Source: Histomonas meleagridis 2922-C6/04-290x (taxonomy: Eukaryota > Protista > Parabasalia). From it: DNA of 64,000 nt. The position numbers and the translations under genes were made by a program. The stretch covers positions 393,257-457,256 of the forward strand of contig JAANOX010000047.1 in NCBI GenBank assembly GCA_020184695.1. Direction: 5' to 3'. The notes below the pieces were generated by a model that saw nothing but the letters and a program-made list of their open reading frames with translations, did not search any database and was not told where the DNA came from. Within the stretch, counting starts at the first letter, position 1, and each line of letters begins with the position of its first letter. Shown here in pieces: positions 21,760-33,267 of the stretch.

Positions 21760-24066
21760 TTGAATGAATATGGAATGTCATTATACCTTTTATCAATGTT
21801 TTTTGTAGGTAAAATATCATCGATATATTCACATCCTTCCAAAGATAAAATTATTGAAGTTCAGAAGTGTCACAAATCTGATTTTTTCATGGTAATTTCA
21901 ACACATTCAATTACAACATATGAACAAACATCTTCTGGTTTATCACAAAATGTTACAATGAATTTTCAATCTAAACTCGAAAATGGGGAAGAGCTTATTC
22001 ATATGATTAATGATGGTGAAATTGTTTTGATTTTAACTACATTTGGCAAAATCATTTCACTGAATGTAAAGCAAAATCATAAGTTACAACTTGCAAACAT
22101 TTATGTTCACAAAGAATCAAAGTTTGTTACAATTTGTTTTTGTGATAATCATTTATTAATTGGAGATGACAAAGGAAAATTATTCATTTTTTCAAAAGAT
22201 TTCAAAAATGTTTATTCAGAAAACATATCAAATGTTGCTATCCGTAGTATAAATACTTCTAAATCAAAATGTATCATTTCATTTACCGATTCAACTATTG
22301 TTGAAATGCCAAAAGAAGATGTTCTATCAAAAGAATTTTCTTTTGATAAAGCTGACTTCAAATCGAAATTTATTTTATCTACTGAAGAGAGTGAATTTGT
22401 TGTTTTTTGCACACCAACAAATGAAATAATAATTACAGATTCTTTGGGATACTATCATTCTTTCACAATCCAAGACCTTAACTCTTTGTCTTTCTCTGAT
22501 GATGGATGCTCTCTTATAGCCAATTGTACAAACGAAATTTGCGTTTGGAACAAATTTTACATGCGGTTTTTCTCATTCAAAAAGTCGATAGAGAACGTTT
22601 CTTATTCCACTTCGTTTTCATCTGATTTCGTTGTAACTGTATCTCAAAGCGGAATAGGGTGTTATCCTATAATAAAAAGAGGTACTTCTAGAGATTCTCT
22701 CTTATACTCTCCCTCTCAAATTATTGAATTTAGATCAAATACAAATGGTTGTTCAATTTTACAGCATGAAATAAATTCTTTAGGAATAATCAAGTTTGTA
22801 GCCTCAGATGCATATGGAAAGTTCTTTGCTATTGCAAGTGAAAATCAAGTCAGCATTTTTAGTAGATCTTCCCAAAAATTGTTTACTCCAAAACACAACA
22901 AGGTTTCGATTGAAGGGATCGAGTGGTTTGGTCGCTACCTTTGCGTGATTAACTATGATTCAAAAAATAATATTTACACACTTTTTGTTTACAGAGTCAT
23001 GAGAGAGAAATTAGACATTCTTAGGAGTTATCTTTTAACTTCTAAACCACGTCAAATGAATAGCGATTCTTTTTCTCTTGTTATTGCTTGCAAAAAGAGT
23101 ATTAACGTTCTCAACGATAAATTTGAATTGAAAAAGTTTCCAAATCAATTGAAATTCGAAAAAATTTTTACAAGCACAAAAACAAATCAAATTATTGGCC
23201 TTACTAATAACAAAAACATGGTTGTAATTTCCATGAATGATGGAAATATCATCAAACAATTCTATGACATTGATGATTTCTTTGGTGTCACAGAATACAA
23301 TCTAATCATTTCAATCATTGGTCCTAAAATAATGATTGGCTCTTTAAGAGACTTAAGCCTTAAAACATTTATTAGTACAGAATCTGTTCCAATTGGTGTC
23401 AACTCATCAATTTGCACATTTTTGTCATTTACAAATTCCTATGGAACTCTTGAAGTTTCATATTTCTTTGACTTTGCTATATTCAATAATGTTGAAAAAG
23501 ATCAGTCAATAGTTTCTAAAATGCGATGTCTTAATGAAGATTTATTGAAATTTGTTGCAACACAGATTTCGATTCTAAATCTTCGCCAACACCGCTACAA
23601 CGAGTTCATTACGTTCCTTCGATACTTCCCAGACATCCGTGATGAAATTATTGTTAATTCAATTCGAGCTGTTGAAAGTAATGAAAGAATTGGAGTTTAT
23701 GATATCATCGGAAAGCCATCAGAATACTTCAACAAGCTTGATCCAGAGATTTCTTCGAGGTTACTTCCCGTTGTACTCGATGAGGAAGGGTTCTTCAAGA
23801 TGTATCCGCTTTGCTTCTCTTTGATAAAGCATTGGAAAAGTGACCCCGAAAAAGTGGCAAATTTATTACGTTTACTTATTCCGTTGACCGTTAAGGCAGA
23901 AGCTATTGATACTGAAAATGTTTCTGTGGGAGGAATAAAAATGAGTGTAGATAAATATGGAGATGTGATGGATGAATTTTATGGTTTGTTACAGGAATGT
24001 TACAAATCTATGAATGAAGAGGATTCGTTACGATTGAAAAATATTACAAAAATACAAAAAGTATAA
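21760..24066 (+). CDS. RIC1: RIC1-like beta-propeller/alpha-helical protein (Rab6 GEF component)
   Basis: Beta-rich N-terminal two-thirds. The C-terminal segment FPDIRDEIIVNSIRAVESNERIGVYDIIGKPSEYF resembles the RIC1 conserved region. The true start may be the ATG at 21796. Confidence 0.55.
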   Translation: MNEYGMSLYLLSMFFVGKISSIYSHPSKDKIIEVQKCHKSDFFMVISTHSITTYEQTSSGLSQNVTMNFQSKLENGEELIHMINDGEIVLILTTFGKIISLNVKQNHKLQLANIYVHKESKFVTICFCDNHLLIGDDKGKLFIFSKDFKNVYSENISNVAIRSINTSKSKCIISFTDSTIVEMPKEDVLSKEFSFDKADFKSKFILSTEESEFVVFCTPTNEIIITDSLGYYHSFTIQDLNSLSFSDDGCSLIANCTNEICVWNKFYMRFFSFKKSIENVSYSTSFSSDFVVTVSQSGIGCYPIIKRGTSRDSLLYSPSQIIEFRSNTNGCSILQHEINSLGIIKFVASDAYGKFFAIASENQVSIFSRSSQKLFTPKHNKVSIEGIEWFGRYLCVINYDSKNNIYTLFVYRVMREKLDILRSYLLTSKPRQMNSDSFSLVIACKKSINVLNDKFELKKFPNQLKFEKIFTSTKTNQIIGLTNNKNMVVISMNDGNIIKQFYDIDDFFGVTEYNLIISIIGPKIMIGSLRDLSLKTFISTESVPIGVNSSICTFLSFTNSYGTLEVSYFFDFAIFNNVEKDQSIVSKMRCLNEDLLKFVATQISILNLRQHRYNEFITFLRYFPDIRDEIIVNSIRAVESNERIGVYDIIGKPSEYFNKLDPEISSRLLPVVLDEEGFFKMYPLCFSLIKHWKSDPEKVANLLRLLIPLTVKAEAIDTENVSVGGIKMSVDKYGDVMDEFYGLLQECYKSMNEEDSLRLKNITKIQKV

Positions 24067-24777
24067 AAAATTCGTTCTATAACTAAAGATAAAATTGTTC
24101 AATAAAGATCTAAATTATCACATTTGTGAACTATTTTTATTCTGTGCAAATGCAGTCAAACATTTTAAATAATTAGATATCTTTCATTGACCATAACAAA
24201 TGTTGATAAAACATTATTAAAATAATTGTTTCTGATGAAGTTTCGACATTAAAAGAAATGCATTTGAGAGAAATGAATTACTTTTAATATTTTTCGATTT
24301 TTTCCCCAATGATATTTGTTTCAAATAATACAAGACAAGAAAGTCATTGAATCACTATTTATGAGAGTTTGTATATATTTTATATATCTTTAAATAAGTC
24401 CACTAAGATAGCACAGAATTTGGAATTAATTTATTCCTTATCCATGTTAAAATTATGGGGCTGATACCGTACTTTGTATCGCTTTAATACTCTTTAATAT
24501 ATTCATTCTAATGAGATTTTATCTTGTTTCTTTTACTAAAATTTTGAGGAAAATATGAAAAATATGGGATTGAATTTTTTTCTTACTTTGATATATAAAG
24601 AATCTTTATTGAGATCATGATAAAAAAATACAACTTAATAAAATAATTTAAAAAGTTCTCAATAATTGTACTGAATGAAATTATGATCAACAATTTTTGG
24701 GATATACAAGTGATGTAATTACATTTTTTAAATACAATATACAAACAACAAATTTATTTATTCTATTACACAACAAT

Positions 24778-26166
24778 TTATTCATCCTCATTAATTAATT
24801 CTTCCATTGTGTCTTCCACAATAGCAATCAATACATTAATTACCATTCCACCAGTCAAGAACAGCCACGAAATCACGAATCCCGTTACTAACCATTCCGA
24901 AGCAGCAGCGTGCTCATTTAATTGGTCTTGGGTGTCCATACATACGTCAGTATGCATCAACGAGAACATAATTTTCATTCCTCTCAAGAACCCCAAAAAC
25001 AACTCCGAAAAATGCCCGAAAAATCCGATTCCCATAAACACGAATCCGAAATAAAATGGCAAAAATCCGAAAACTAACATCAAAGTTCTCCCGATAGACT
25101 TCGAGAACAATCTAAACACAAACCACGTTTCCTTTTTTAATCTCAAATGTCTAAACAGACCTATGCAATGTAACAAACCAGCAAAAGACAAAAGAAGTAA
25201 AATGTTTTCATGTTTCCCATAATCATATCCCACAAATTTAACAAATAACAAAACAGATACAAAAGTGACAAACTGATATAAAAGATTAAATAATTCACCG
25301 CCATCAACTTTCCATAAAAACGCCCGATATAACGAAATGTAATTCTTTGTCGCATATTCTTTCGCTTGTTTGGCAAACGAAAAAAGTCGTAATATCGTCA
25401 TGATGATCGCAAAGCTGTCCGCAATAAGTAACGCAATTGGTATAATGGTAACAGACAACTGACTCGCAAGCTTCAATTGACCTTCTTCATATGTGTTCGT
25501 TTCAACAAAGATACTGTTGATGTCGAAAAAACCTAATTCTGGTTCACGTGTAAATGTGATGCTATAAGCAATGTTAGTATGAAATTCAGTGGTTCCAGAA
25601 ACTCGTGTTAGAAGATATTCCATTTCAAGATTGGCTTCGTTTGTTCGTGGAAAATATTCTTGGAATAAATCTCCGACAATTGAAACATTATCTGATGTAA
25701 GAATATATGAAAAATTCGTGTCATCGTCTAGCGTAAAATCTAAAAATAAGGGAGAGCCTTCAGAAATTAAATCTTGTGATGGAAAATCATCAACAAATGT
25801 AAAAAATTTTTGAGATGATTCTTGGGATTTATTAATTACTTCTGCCTTGAAGTATAACGATGTGGTTTCATCTTCTTGCTCAAGAAAATAATCATTGAAT
25901 ATTGATTGGAAATTAAGAAAAAAATGAATTTTACAAGCTTGATATGTAAGGGCAAAAAAAATGTAAAGAAGAACTATAAATAAATCAAAAAGAGGTCCCC
26001 AAGGTATGATATGATGTCGTTCCCATGTTCTGAGATTATCATTTTTTGGTATATCTAATTCATCATTTCTGTTATTTACAAGTAGGAGCTTTGTGTCTTG
26101 TTCATGATGTTGAATCAATGTTCCGAAATTATATAGAGTTCGATCAAGTACCCTTTGCCTCGACAT
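24778..26166 (-). CDS. Mucolipin/polycystin-type (TRPML-like) cation channel
   Basis: Six-TM pattern with a large loop after TM1. The pore helix FSLMHTD corresponds to TRPML FSLINGD. S6 reads INVLIAIVEDTM. Confidence 0.75.
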   Translation of the reverse strand: MSRQRVLDRTLYNFGTLIQHHEQDTKLLLVNNRNDELDIPKNDNLRTWERHHIIPWGPLFDLFIVLLYIFFALTYQACKIHFFLNFQSIFNDYFLEQEDETTSLYFKAEVINKSQESSQKFFTFVDDFPSQDLISEGSPLFLDFTLDDDTNFSYILTSDNVSIVGDLFQEYFPRTNEANLEMEYLLTRVSGTTEFHTNIAYSITFTREPELGFFDINSIFVETNTYEEGQLKLASQLSVTIIPIALLIADSFAIIMTILRLFSFAKQAKEYATKNYISLYRAFLWKVDGGELFNLLYQFVTFVSVLLFVKFVGYDYGKHENILLLLSFAGLLHCIGLFRHLRLKKETWFVFRLFSKSIGRTLMLVFGFLPFYFGFVFMGIGFFGHFSELFLGFLRGMKIMFSLMHTDVCMDTQDQLNEHAAASEWLVTGFVISWLFLTGGMVINVLIAIVEDTMEELINEDE

Positions 26167-26407
26167 CTGGAAGGAAAGCCGATAGACAATACTCTATCGC
26201 ACATAAAAAACAAAAAATTATTTTCTCACAAATATGAAAAATTTCTGTGTTTTAAAAAATGTCATTAAAGAACAAAATCAATCATCCAAATTATATTTTT
26301 GTAAAAATGTTTTGAAACTAACTCCAAGCAAAGTAAAAACAGAAACCATTATTAAGTTAATAGGAAAAAAATAGTGGTTTAGAATTCCTTTAATGATGGA
26401 ATCTAAA

Positions 26408-27040
26408 TTAGCAGATGTGGCATGTCTTCTTCTGGTCTTCTTGAGCCTTTTCTAAATCTTTATTGCCTTCAACCATATCGGTTTTAGCTTCTTCAATCTT
26501 ATTATCAATTCTCACAACAACTTCATGATCAGCTTGAACTTTATTGTTGACTTGCTCTGTGATTTCCTTAAGAGCCTTCATATCTTCGACAATGTCTTGA
26601 GTTTGTTCATGAATAAATTGGAGATCTTCGGCATCATGTTGAACTTGAAGTTGATCAACATTACCCTCGGTGGCTTGGAGAGCTTTTGCATCCTCAGCAG
26701 CATCTTGAGCTCTTTTTTTATCCTCAAACTTTTGAATTAGTTGTAAAATATTTGGTTTTTGTTGAGAAAACTCATTAAAAACTGGATCAAATATGGCTTT
26801 AGCTTCCTGGTTATTACCAATTTTACCTTTTATTTGGTTGCTTAATTTTTCCAATTGGTTCATCGTATTTTTGATTGCTTTAATGGTGTTTTCTTCCAAA
26901 TCATGTTTTTTAAGATTTTCAATGTTTTTTTTGACTTTAGTTTCCCACAGCTTCTTGAAATTAGTCACATCAGACATTAACTGATTTGTTTGTGGATGAT
27001 TTGAAGTAGCAAAAGACATTAAAATGCCACTTTTTGTCAA
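26408..27040 (-). CDS. Syntaxin-like SNARE lacking a transmembrane anchor
   Basis: Habc-like helical N-terminus, SNARE motif (IVEDMKALKEITEQVNNKVQADHEVVVRIDNKIEEA) and C-terminal KKTCHIC. Confidence 0.72.
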   Translation of the reverse strand: MTKSGILMSFATSNHPQTNQLMSDVTNFKKLWETKVKKNIENLKKHDLEENTIKAIKNTMNQLEKLSNQIKGKIGNNQEAKAIFDPVFNEFSQQKPNILQLIQKFEDKKRAQDAAEDAKALQATEGNVDQLQVQHDAEDLQFIHEQTQDIVEDMKALKEITEQVNNKVQADHEVVVRIDNKIEEAKTDMVEGNKDLEKAQEDQKKTCHIC

Positions 27041-27379
27041 AAAGAAGGTTCATTGAAATAGGACTTCCTTTATGACACTTTTTATAATTTTGAAAAAATA
27101 AATAATTGAAAATTCGCAATAGTTTCAAAATTAAATCGTTGAAAACCAGCAGCACTTTTCGATCGGCTTTGATAGAATCACGTTCAAAAAGTGAAACCGA
27201 TACTGTCGATTTTTTTTCACCAGTTTACTTCAATAGGATCAGTCAAGATTTCATCACAAATGTATGATGAAGTTATTGTAATTCTTTTATTATTTATTAT
27301 TAATTCTTTAGAAAAAAATTGTTTTTATTTTATTATTTATTTATTCCATAGTAAATTCAGCCTAAAGACCATATTTACT

Positions 27380-28651
27380 TTAAGCGTTGTTCATTTGGTT
27401 GACGAAGTTCTTGAATTCGTTAAAGTTGTTGTTCATCAAGTTATCGCACAGCCTCAGGTACGTGAAGGTTGACAGTCCTTGCGGCACCCACGACTTGATT
27501 TGGTTGTACGCCGCCCAGTCGTATCTCTCGAGCGCGTTTTCTCCCTCGAACTTGAGGCCCGCGTTCTTCGTGTCGCGTAAGATCTGCGCAACGAGTGCCG
27601 GCGGATTGCTTCCTGCGCTGTAGTCTTCGCCGGTCATCTCGAGGCACGTGAAGCAGACTTCGATGTTGTACTGCTTGAACATGTTGATCAAGACTTGGTA
27701 GCCGTCGTAGTCCCAAATGTTGTAGTATCCGGCAGTGAGCTCCGCGCAGTGGCAGCTTGAGGTGTAGTGCCAGTGGATGCCAGAGATTTTACACGAGAGG
27801 CGGAGAGAGCTGCCAAAGATTTCGCGTGCGTCTTTTAATACGTTTGCGCCGTGCTCAACTAACAAATTGGAATACCACTTGTTGAAGAACTTGCCGTATT
27901 CGATGTTCCAGCCGTTCGCCCAATATGATGAACCCCCTGGACGAACGTTGTAGTCGCCGGTGTCCGTTGGTGGTGAATCCCATTCTGGATGACCTGCGGC
28001 GGCCGCTGCTTGCTTGAACTTGCTCTTCATCATTGGATCGTAGCATTGGTATGCGCCGCAGCCTGAATACGTCCACTTGTCAAGTTGATATGATGGGTAA
28101 CGAATTTCGCCGCATGGTCCTGCGCCAACTTCGATCTCGATGATTGTGCCGTCGTTGATTAAATCAATGAACTCATCACGAAATGCAACCATGAAGTCAT
28201 GATACATTTGGAGTGGTGTACGACCATTAACTTCGATATCATCGTAAGCAAATGAAATATATTCTGAGTCTTTGTTACCGAAAACATCAATGAAGTATGG
28301 TTGCATTGAACCTTGGAAAACAAAGTCTGGGATTGGGATATTGCATGTATCACCAACGTTACCACCGCAACGATGGAATGACATGACTGGAATGATTTTA
28401 AGACCCTTGTTCTTCATCATATTGAAAACTGTTCTGTAGCCTGAAAACTTGTAATTCTTTTGTGATTGTTCGCAAATACCCCACCAAACATCAATCATTA
28501 TACCTTTGACATTAGCGCCTTGAAGTTGGCCAAACCAATAATCGTATTTGCCTGAATCGAGAAGATTTTGATTTGAATCGAACATGGCAAGTGGTGCCAT
28601 AACGAATACATCACATCCGGATAATGCAGTACCGAACAATAATGCAAACAT
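27380..28651 (-). CDS. Beta-amylase (glycoside hydrolase family 14)
   Basis: IDVWWG, SFHRCGGNVGD, GPCGEIRYPSY (catalytic Glu), SGIHWHY, FTCLEM and EGENAL (catalytic Glu) motifs; short N-terminal signal peptide. Confidence 0.95.
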   Translation of the reverse strand: MFALLFGTALSGCDVFVMAPLAMFDSNQNLLDSGKYDYWFGQLQGANVKGIMIDVWWGICEQSQKNYKFSGYRTVFNMMKNKGLKIIPVMSFHRCGGNVGDTCNIPIPDFVFQGSMQPYFIDVFGNKDSEYISFAYDDIEVNGRTPLQMYHDFMVAFRDEFIDLINDGTIIEIEVGAGPCGEIRYPSYQLDKWTYSGCGAYQCYDPMMKSKFKQAAAAAGHPEWDSPPTDTGDYNVRPGGSSYWANGWNIEYGKFFNKWYSNLLVEHGANVLKDAREIFGSSLRLSCKISGIHWHYTSSCHCAELTAGYYNIWDYDGYQVLINMFKQYNIEVCFTCLEMTGEDYSAGSNPPALVAQILRDTKNAGLKFEGENALERYDWAAYNQIKSWVPQGLSTFTYLRLCDNLMNNNFNEFKNFVNQMNNA

Positions 28652-29039
28652 TTTGAGTTTTGAAGTGTTTAACCTCTTCCACCTCCTGCCACAATTTTCA
28701 ATGCGGAAGGTTGGTTTTCTTTGTGCATTTAAAATTGAATGTGAACGATTATTTTTATTTTAAAAAGTTGTAATTAAACCCCCCCCCCCCCAGAGAAAGA
28801 CGTTCTACCAAAAGTCAACCTTTCTAATAGATGTTTTTAGATCTAAATTTATAGATGCATGAATATGTTCGATATTCTTTTAAGCAAAGGAGAATTTCCA
28901 GCTAAGCTAAAATATTGCAGTATAGTACCAAATTTATCCATTTAATTTCCATTTTAAAAAACTATTAGTTACTAACACTAATGCATTTTGATTCCTTGTT
29001 ATTATTCTTCAAATAATTGAACTCAAGTTATGTGTTAAT

Positions 29040-30728
29040 ATGAGATTTCAACACCTTCTTTGTCCAATTCCTCTGCGCCTTATCGTACATTATTGCATAC
29101 TTTACATAACCACCTGGTTATATTTTCAAAAAATGTCCGAACTTTCTTCTAAACTTTGTCTTAATTGGGAAGTATTCGAGCTCGCAGCAATTTCAACTTT
29201 TTGTACAACAGAAATATCGCTCGAGAAAATTCGACTTTTTGCTCAAAAATTTGATGATTTAACAGATTTCCTTACGTTTGCCCAATTTAAAGAAGCCGTA
29301 TCTCAAATATTTAGATTTAATGCAAATCAAATCCAAGCAATATATTCAACTCTCACATGCTTCATAACAAAAGATGCAAATGAAGCACTTCTTCAATCTC
29401 AATTATATCTTGCAGATCCTTCATGTCTGCCGTCGCTTACTATGAGGGTTACTGATATGCTTTGTTTCTTATTTGCTTTGCTTGTCAAAAAGAAATTCAG
29501 AGGTGTATCAGAAATTTCAAACATGGAAGCATTTCCATCAAAGTTGGCACCAAAATTATCTCCAATTAGTTCAAGGCTCTCAGCTTCTGATACGTCTGTT
29601 ACTCGTGTTATGACATTAAAATCACCATTACAACCCAGACAAGAACATTCACCATTACAGCTCATGTTACGTTATTTCATAAAAGAGTTTCCTCAATTCC
29701 TTCAAATCATTGCGCCAAAAGGATTGACAAAAATACATCTTCAATCTTTATCATTTTTAATTGTAGCATGGATAGGCCCAAGTTACAACCACAGGTTCTC
29801 TGACCTCATGGTTGCATTAGATCTTCTTCAAGATTGCGAAGTTGAGTCAACATCCAAATTTGAACATATCATATACCCATTATTAATCTTCATGAAAGAG
29901 GCTGATCTTCGTGATAATGTCTTTTTCTCACCTATTGCGTACAGGCCATCGATTCCACGCGCCGTTCAAGAACTTGAAACAGATCAATCAATTATTCTTG
30001 AAAAACCAATTCTCATTGAAAAGAAATCACAGCACTATGAATTCGTTGATCCAACTTCTCAATGCCAAGTTTTTATCCACGATTGTCGTCATACGGTTGT
30101 ATATATATGTGGTCCTGTTTCATGTGTTTTCATCAGTCATTGTAAGGACTCCACTATATTTGTTGGAGCCGCTACATGTGTTCATATGTCTTATAGCATT
30201 AATAACAAAATTATTGCTGCATCACGTATGGTTCATCTTGATGCTTGCACTCGTTGTACCACATATCTCCTCACCAACACCAACCCACTTCTTACTGGGA
30301 ACAGTACGAAGATCACATTGGCACCGTACAATGCGCTTTACACCAAATTCGGCCTTGACATACTTTCAGTCGGAATTAATCCGCAACTCAATTTTTGGGG
30401 TGACCCAATTGTGATGGGGTCACTTGGGGTGTCCCAATTTGAGAAAATGGCACCTGAACGGTTTAGTCTGTTTTCGGTTGTATTCAATTGGGAAAAAACG
30501 GCTTCAGTGATTAATCCAATTATACCGCCCGAATACCTGAAGGCATTAGAAACAAAAAGAAATAAAATATTGACATTAAAGGCGGACTTGGATCGAATCA
30601 GGGATAAAAATCCGGAATTGTATAATAGACTTGTTCAGGAATTTAAGAATGTTTCTAATAAAGTAGTTGCAGATGAAGGCGTCATGCAACAGGCAAATTG
30701 GCTTTATACCTTATTCCAGGATGAATAA
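29040..30728 (+). CDS. TBCC-domain protein (TBCCD1-like)
   Basis: C-terminal beta-helix TBCC domain (IHDCRHTVVYICGPV...HCKDSTIFVG...TNTNPLL...LAPYNALY). The true start may be MSELSS downstream. Confidence 0.75.
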   Translation: MRFQHLLCPIPLRLIVHYCILYITTWLYFQKMSELSSKLCLNWEVFELAAISTFCTTEISLEKIRLFAQKFDDLTDFLTFAQFKEAVSQIFRFNANQIQAIYSTLTCFITKDANEALLQSQLYLADPSCLPSLTMRVTDMLCFLFALLVKKKFRGVSEISNMEAFPSKLAPKLSPISSRLSASDTSVTRVMTLKSPLQPRQEHSPLQLMLRYFIKEFPQFLQIIAPKGLTKIHLQSLSFLIVAWIGPSYNHRFSDLMVALDLLQDCEVESTSKFEHIIYPLLIFMKEADLRDNVFFSPIAYRPSIPRAVQELETDQSIILEKPILIEKKSQHYEFVDPTSQCQVFIHDCRHTVVYICGPVSCVFISHCKDSTIFVGAATCVHMSYSINNKIIAASRMVHLDACTRCTTYLLTNTNPLLTGNSTKITLAPYNALYTKFGLDILSVGINPQLNFWGDPIVMGSLGVSQFEKMAPERFSLFSVVFNWEKTASVINPIIPPEYLKALETKRNKILTLKADLDRIRDKNPELYNRLVQEFKNVSNKVVADEGVMQQANWLYTLFQDE

Positions 30729-31236
30729 AACATATTGTTCATTTAATTTTGTTTTGTATTAATGATTAAATAAAAAATTGATTCAAACGCGAAACAATTA
30801 AATTTAAAGTTCTTAAAACTTTTAATTCTTTAGTTTGAATTTCTCATAAATAACAAGAATATTATTGGAAAATGCGTATTAAACAGATCGCAAAAGTGTA
30901 AGATCAATTACAATATACTCAAAGATATTCTCGATGTTTTTTGCCATGAAAAAATTGAAGTCAAGCAACAAAAAATGAAAATAAATCAAAAATTTTTAAA
31001 TAGTTTGTTTGAAAATAGAAATTTTAATATATCTGTCCCGAAAAAGTTAATTAAAATCTGAAAAGAAAATCCAGAAAAAAAAATTTTTTTTGTTAAAATT
31101 CTCCTACTTTGTAGAAGTGAGTGAAAAATACAAATTTAAATAAATAAAATTAATTAAATATTTTCTCTATGAATAATGCTACAGCACACGTAAATATTTT
31201 TCACAGTTATAAAATCACATTTAACATTTAGTCATA

Positions 31237-32294
31237 TCAATCCGAGCGTGAACTCATACTTTCACTTTCGTGTACATATGGGTCTTGTTCTATATGTATT
31301 TCTCTATATTTCTTTGAATGTATTTCCCGTTCCATTTTCCGACTATTTTCTTTGATTTTTTGGGTATCTTCCTTTGGAGGTATCAAAGGAGGTAATTTTC
31401 TATCCGCACTTCTGCTCGGCGATCTCCTTGTTCCAAGTAATCGCGTTGGTGATCCCTTAGATTGCGGCGAATTTCTTGATTTCGGCGACGGTTTTGAATT
31501 CAATACGTTTTTGCGGTTATTTGATGCTTGCTCTGCGATTTGCCTTTTGGAGAGTAAAACAATGCGCTGTTGTTCTGCGTTTTCTTGAAAGATACGGATC
31601 TCCTCCTTCTGTTTCCGGATTAATCTATTTTTGGCAATGGTGTATTCTTTGTTGAGACGCCTTTGCGCTTCTTCAGTTTCTTTGCGCTCTAAATTCTCTG
31701 CTTCGTTTTTCAGATCTTGCGCTTCATTAAACTCCCCACAAAGTGCAAGATTATGAGCAGATTTACGAAGCTCTATAAGTCGTTGAGATGGTCGGCGATA
31801 TTTATCTGGCATATCTTCTTTCCATTCTGTTTCAAAAGCTTCCATTTCGTTTTTATGCTTTTCGTGAAGCTCTGAAAGTTTGTCCTGCGTTCTTTCATCA
31901 TGTTCATGTATTTTTTGATCATATCTATGGATTAGTATTTGAAAAAAAATGTTTCAAAAAATAGTTTTATATTTTTTGAAACAAAAAGTACATACTTTGT
32001 AACCATCTGATCTGTTGCCGATTTTTTTGCTTCATGTTCTGAGCATTTTGAAGCAACTTTTGCTCGTATTTGCATTTCTGTTTTGCAGCGTTCTATAAGT
32101 TCGCTAGCATCGCGAGCTTTTATGTATTGTTCCTTTTCAAGAAAATTTTCTTTAAGTTCACGTAAATAATCTTGAAAAGATTGTAATTTATCATCATCAA
32201 TAAAGTCAAGTGACTTAGATTTAGCGGCCTGCTTTCGAATCTTCTCCATATTTTTTGCTAAATATTTGCTTTCAGAATTTTCGTCATGTTCCAT
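31237..32294 (-). CDS. Coiled-coil protein, two exons (32294-31996 and 31924-31237)
   Basis: Removing 31925-31995 joins ORFs 31932..32294 and 31237..31845 in frame (...MVTK YDQKIHEHDERTQDKLSELHEKHKNEMEAF...). Confidence 0.8.
31925..31995 (-). other. 71-nt spliceosomal intron
   Basis: 5' GTATGT and 3' ACTAATCCATAG, a variant of the trichomonad fused branch point/3' splice site ACTAACACACAG. Removal restores the frame. Confidence 0.88.
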
Positions 32295-33267
32295 TTAAAC
32301 GCAGAACTACGTTTAACGGTTTCTAATGATGTCAAGGTGATTTGGCCAAATAACCCCTGAAAAATGTTGATAACACAGTCAAAATTCAGGAATTCATATT
32401 GTAGAAATTTGGAACTTTTTCGATTTTGAATGGCTTATTAAACCTTGTCTTTTGTCCATAAAACGTTAATTTCATTCGAATTTCACAATCTTTGTTACAC
32501 CAGGTATGAATAAAATGTATATATTTCGATAATCTTTAAAATCAATGAAAAAATAGATAATAAGAATTAATGCATTTTATGCAGATATCAGTTTTAAATA
32601 AATTCAATATTTATAATCATATTAATGATTTTTATCAATTTAAACTGTGCATCATATAAATCGAACTTAAATATGATGAAAATTATATTTGTGAATAGGG
32701 TCGTCCCAAGCTGCCCAAAATATTGTGCACATGCCTATTTATAAACGAAGAAACTAAAAAACATAGGAATTGATAAAATAAAACAAGTTCATTCATAAAA
32801 ATCCTTGGGTCCTATCTATAAAAAAATTTGAAACAATATAGAATGGATTTTTGCTTAAATATTGAATTTTAAAACAATCCCCTCAGTTTGTTATAAAAAT
32901 AATAATACCAATATTAAAAACATATGTTTTTTGATTAAAGCATCATTAAAATAAAATAAAAAATAAATTAATTAAAAAAAATTCAATTTTGGCAAATTTC
33001 GGATTTGGATTACAATTTCATATAAACATATTCTATGTATACTAGCATATTAATGCTCAGCAAATAAGAGCATAAAAAAATCCTGAATTTTCACAAAAAT
33101 CATTTGAAAAAATAATACCAAAAAGTGACAATGGCTTGTTGGACTAGCTCTGTAAACCATAACAGTAAACAATGAAATCATTGAAAAAGTTACATAATTG
33201 CTTGGAATTGATAGTACCATTGAATATCTAAACCCTCAAAATTTCAATACTCAATTGAAAATATAAA

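Noticed and set aside
27387-28365. Several overlapping ORFs in the beta-amylase region
   Set aside because: Explained by local GC richness reducing stop-codon frequency.
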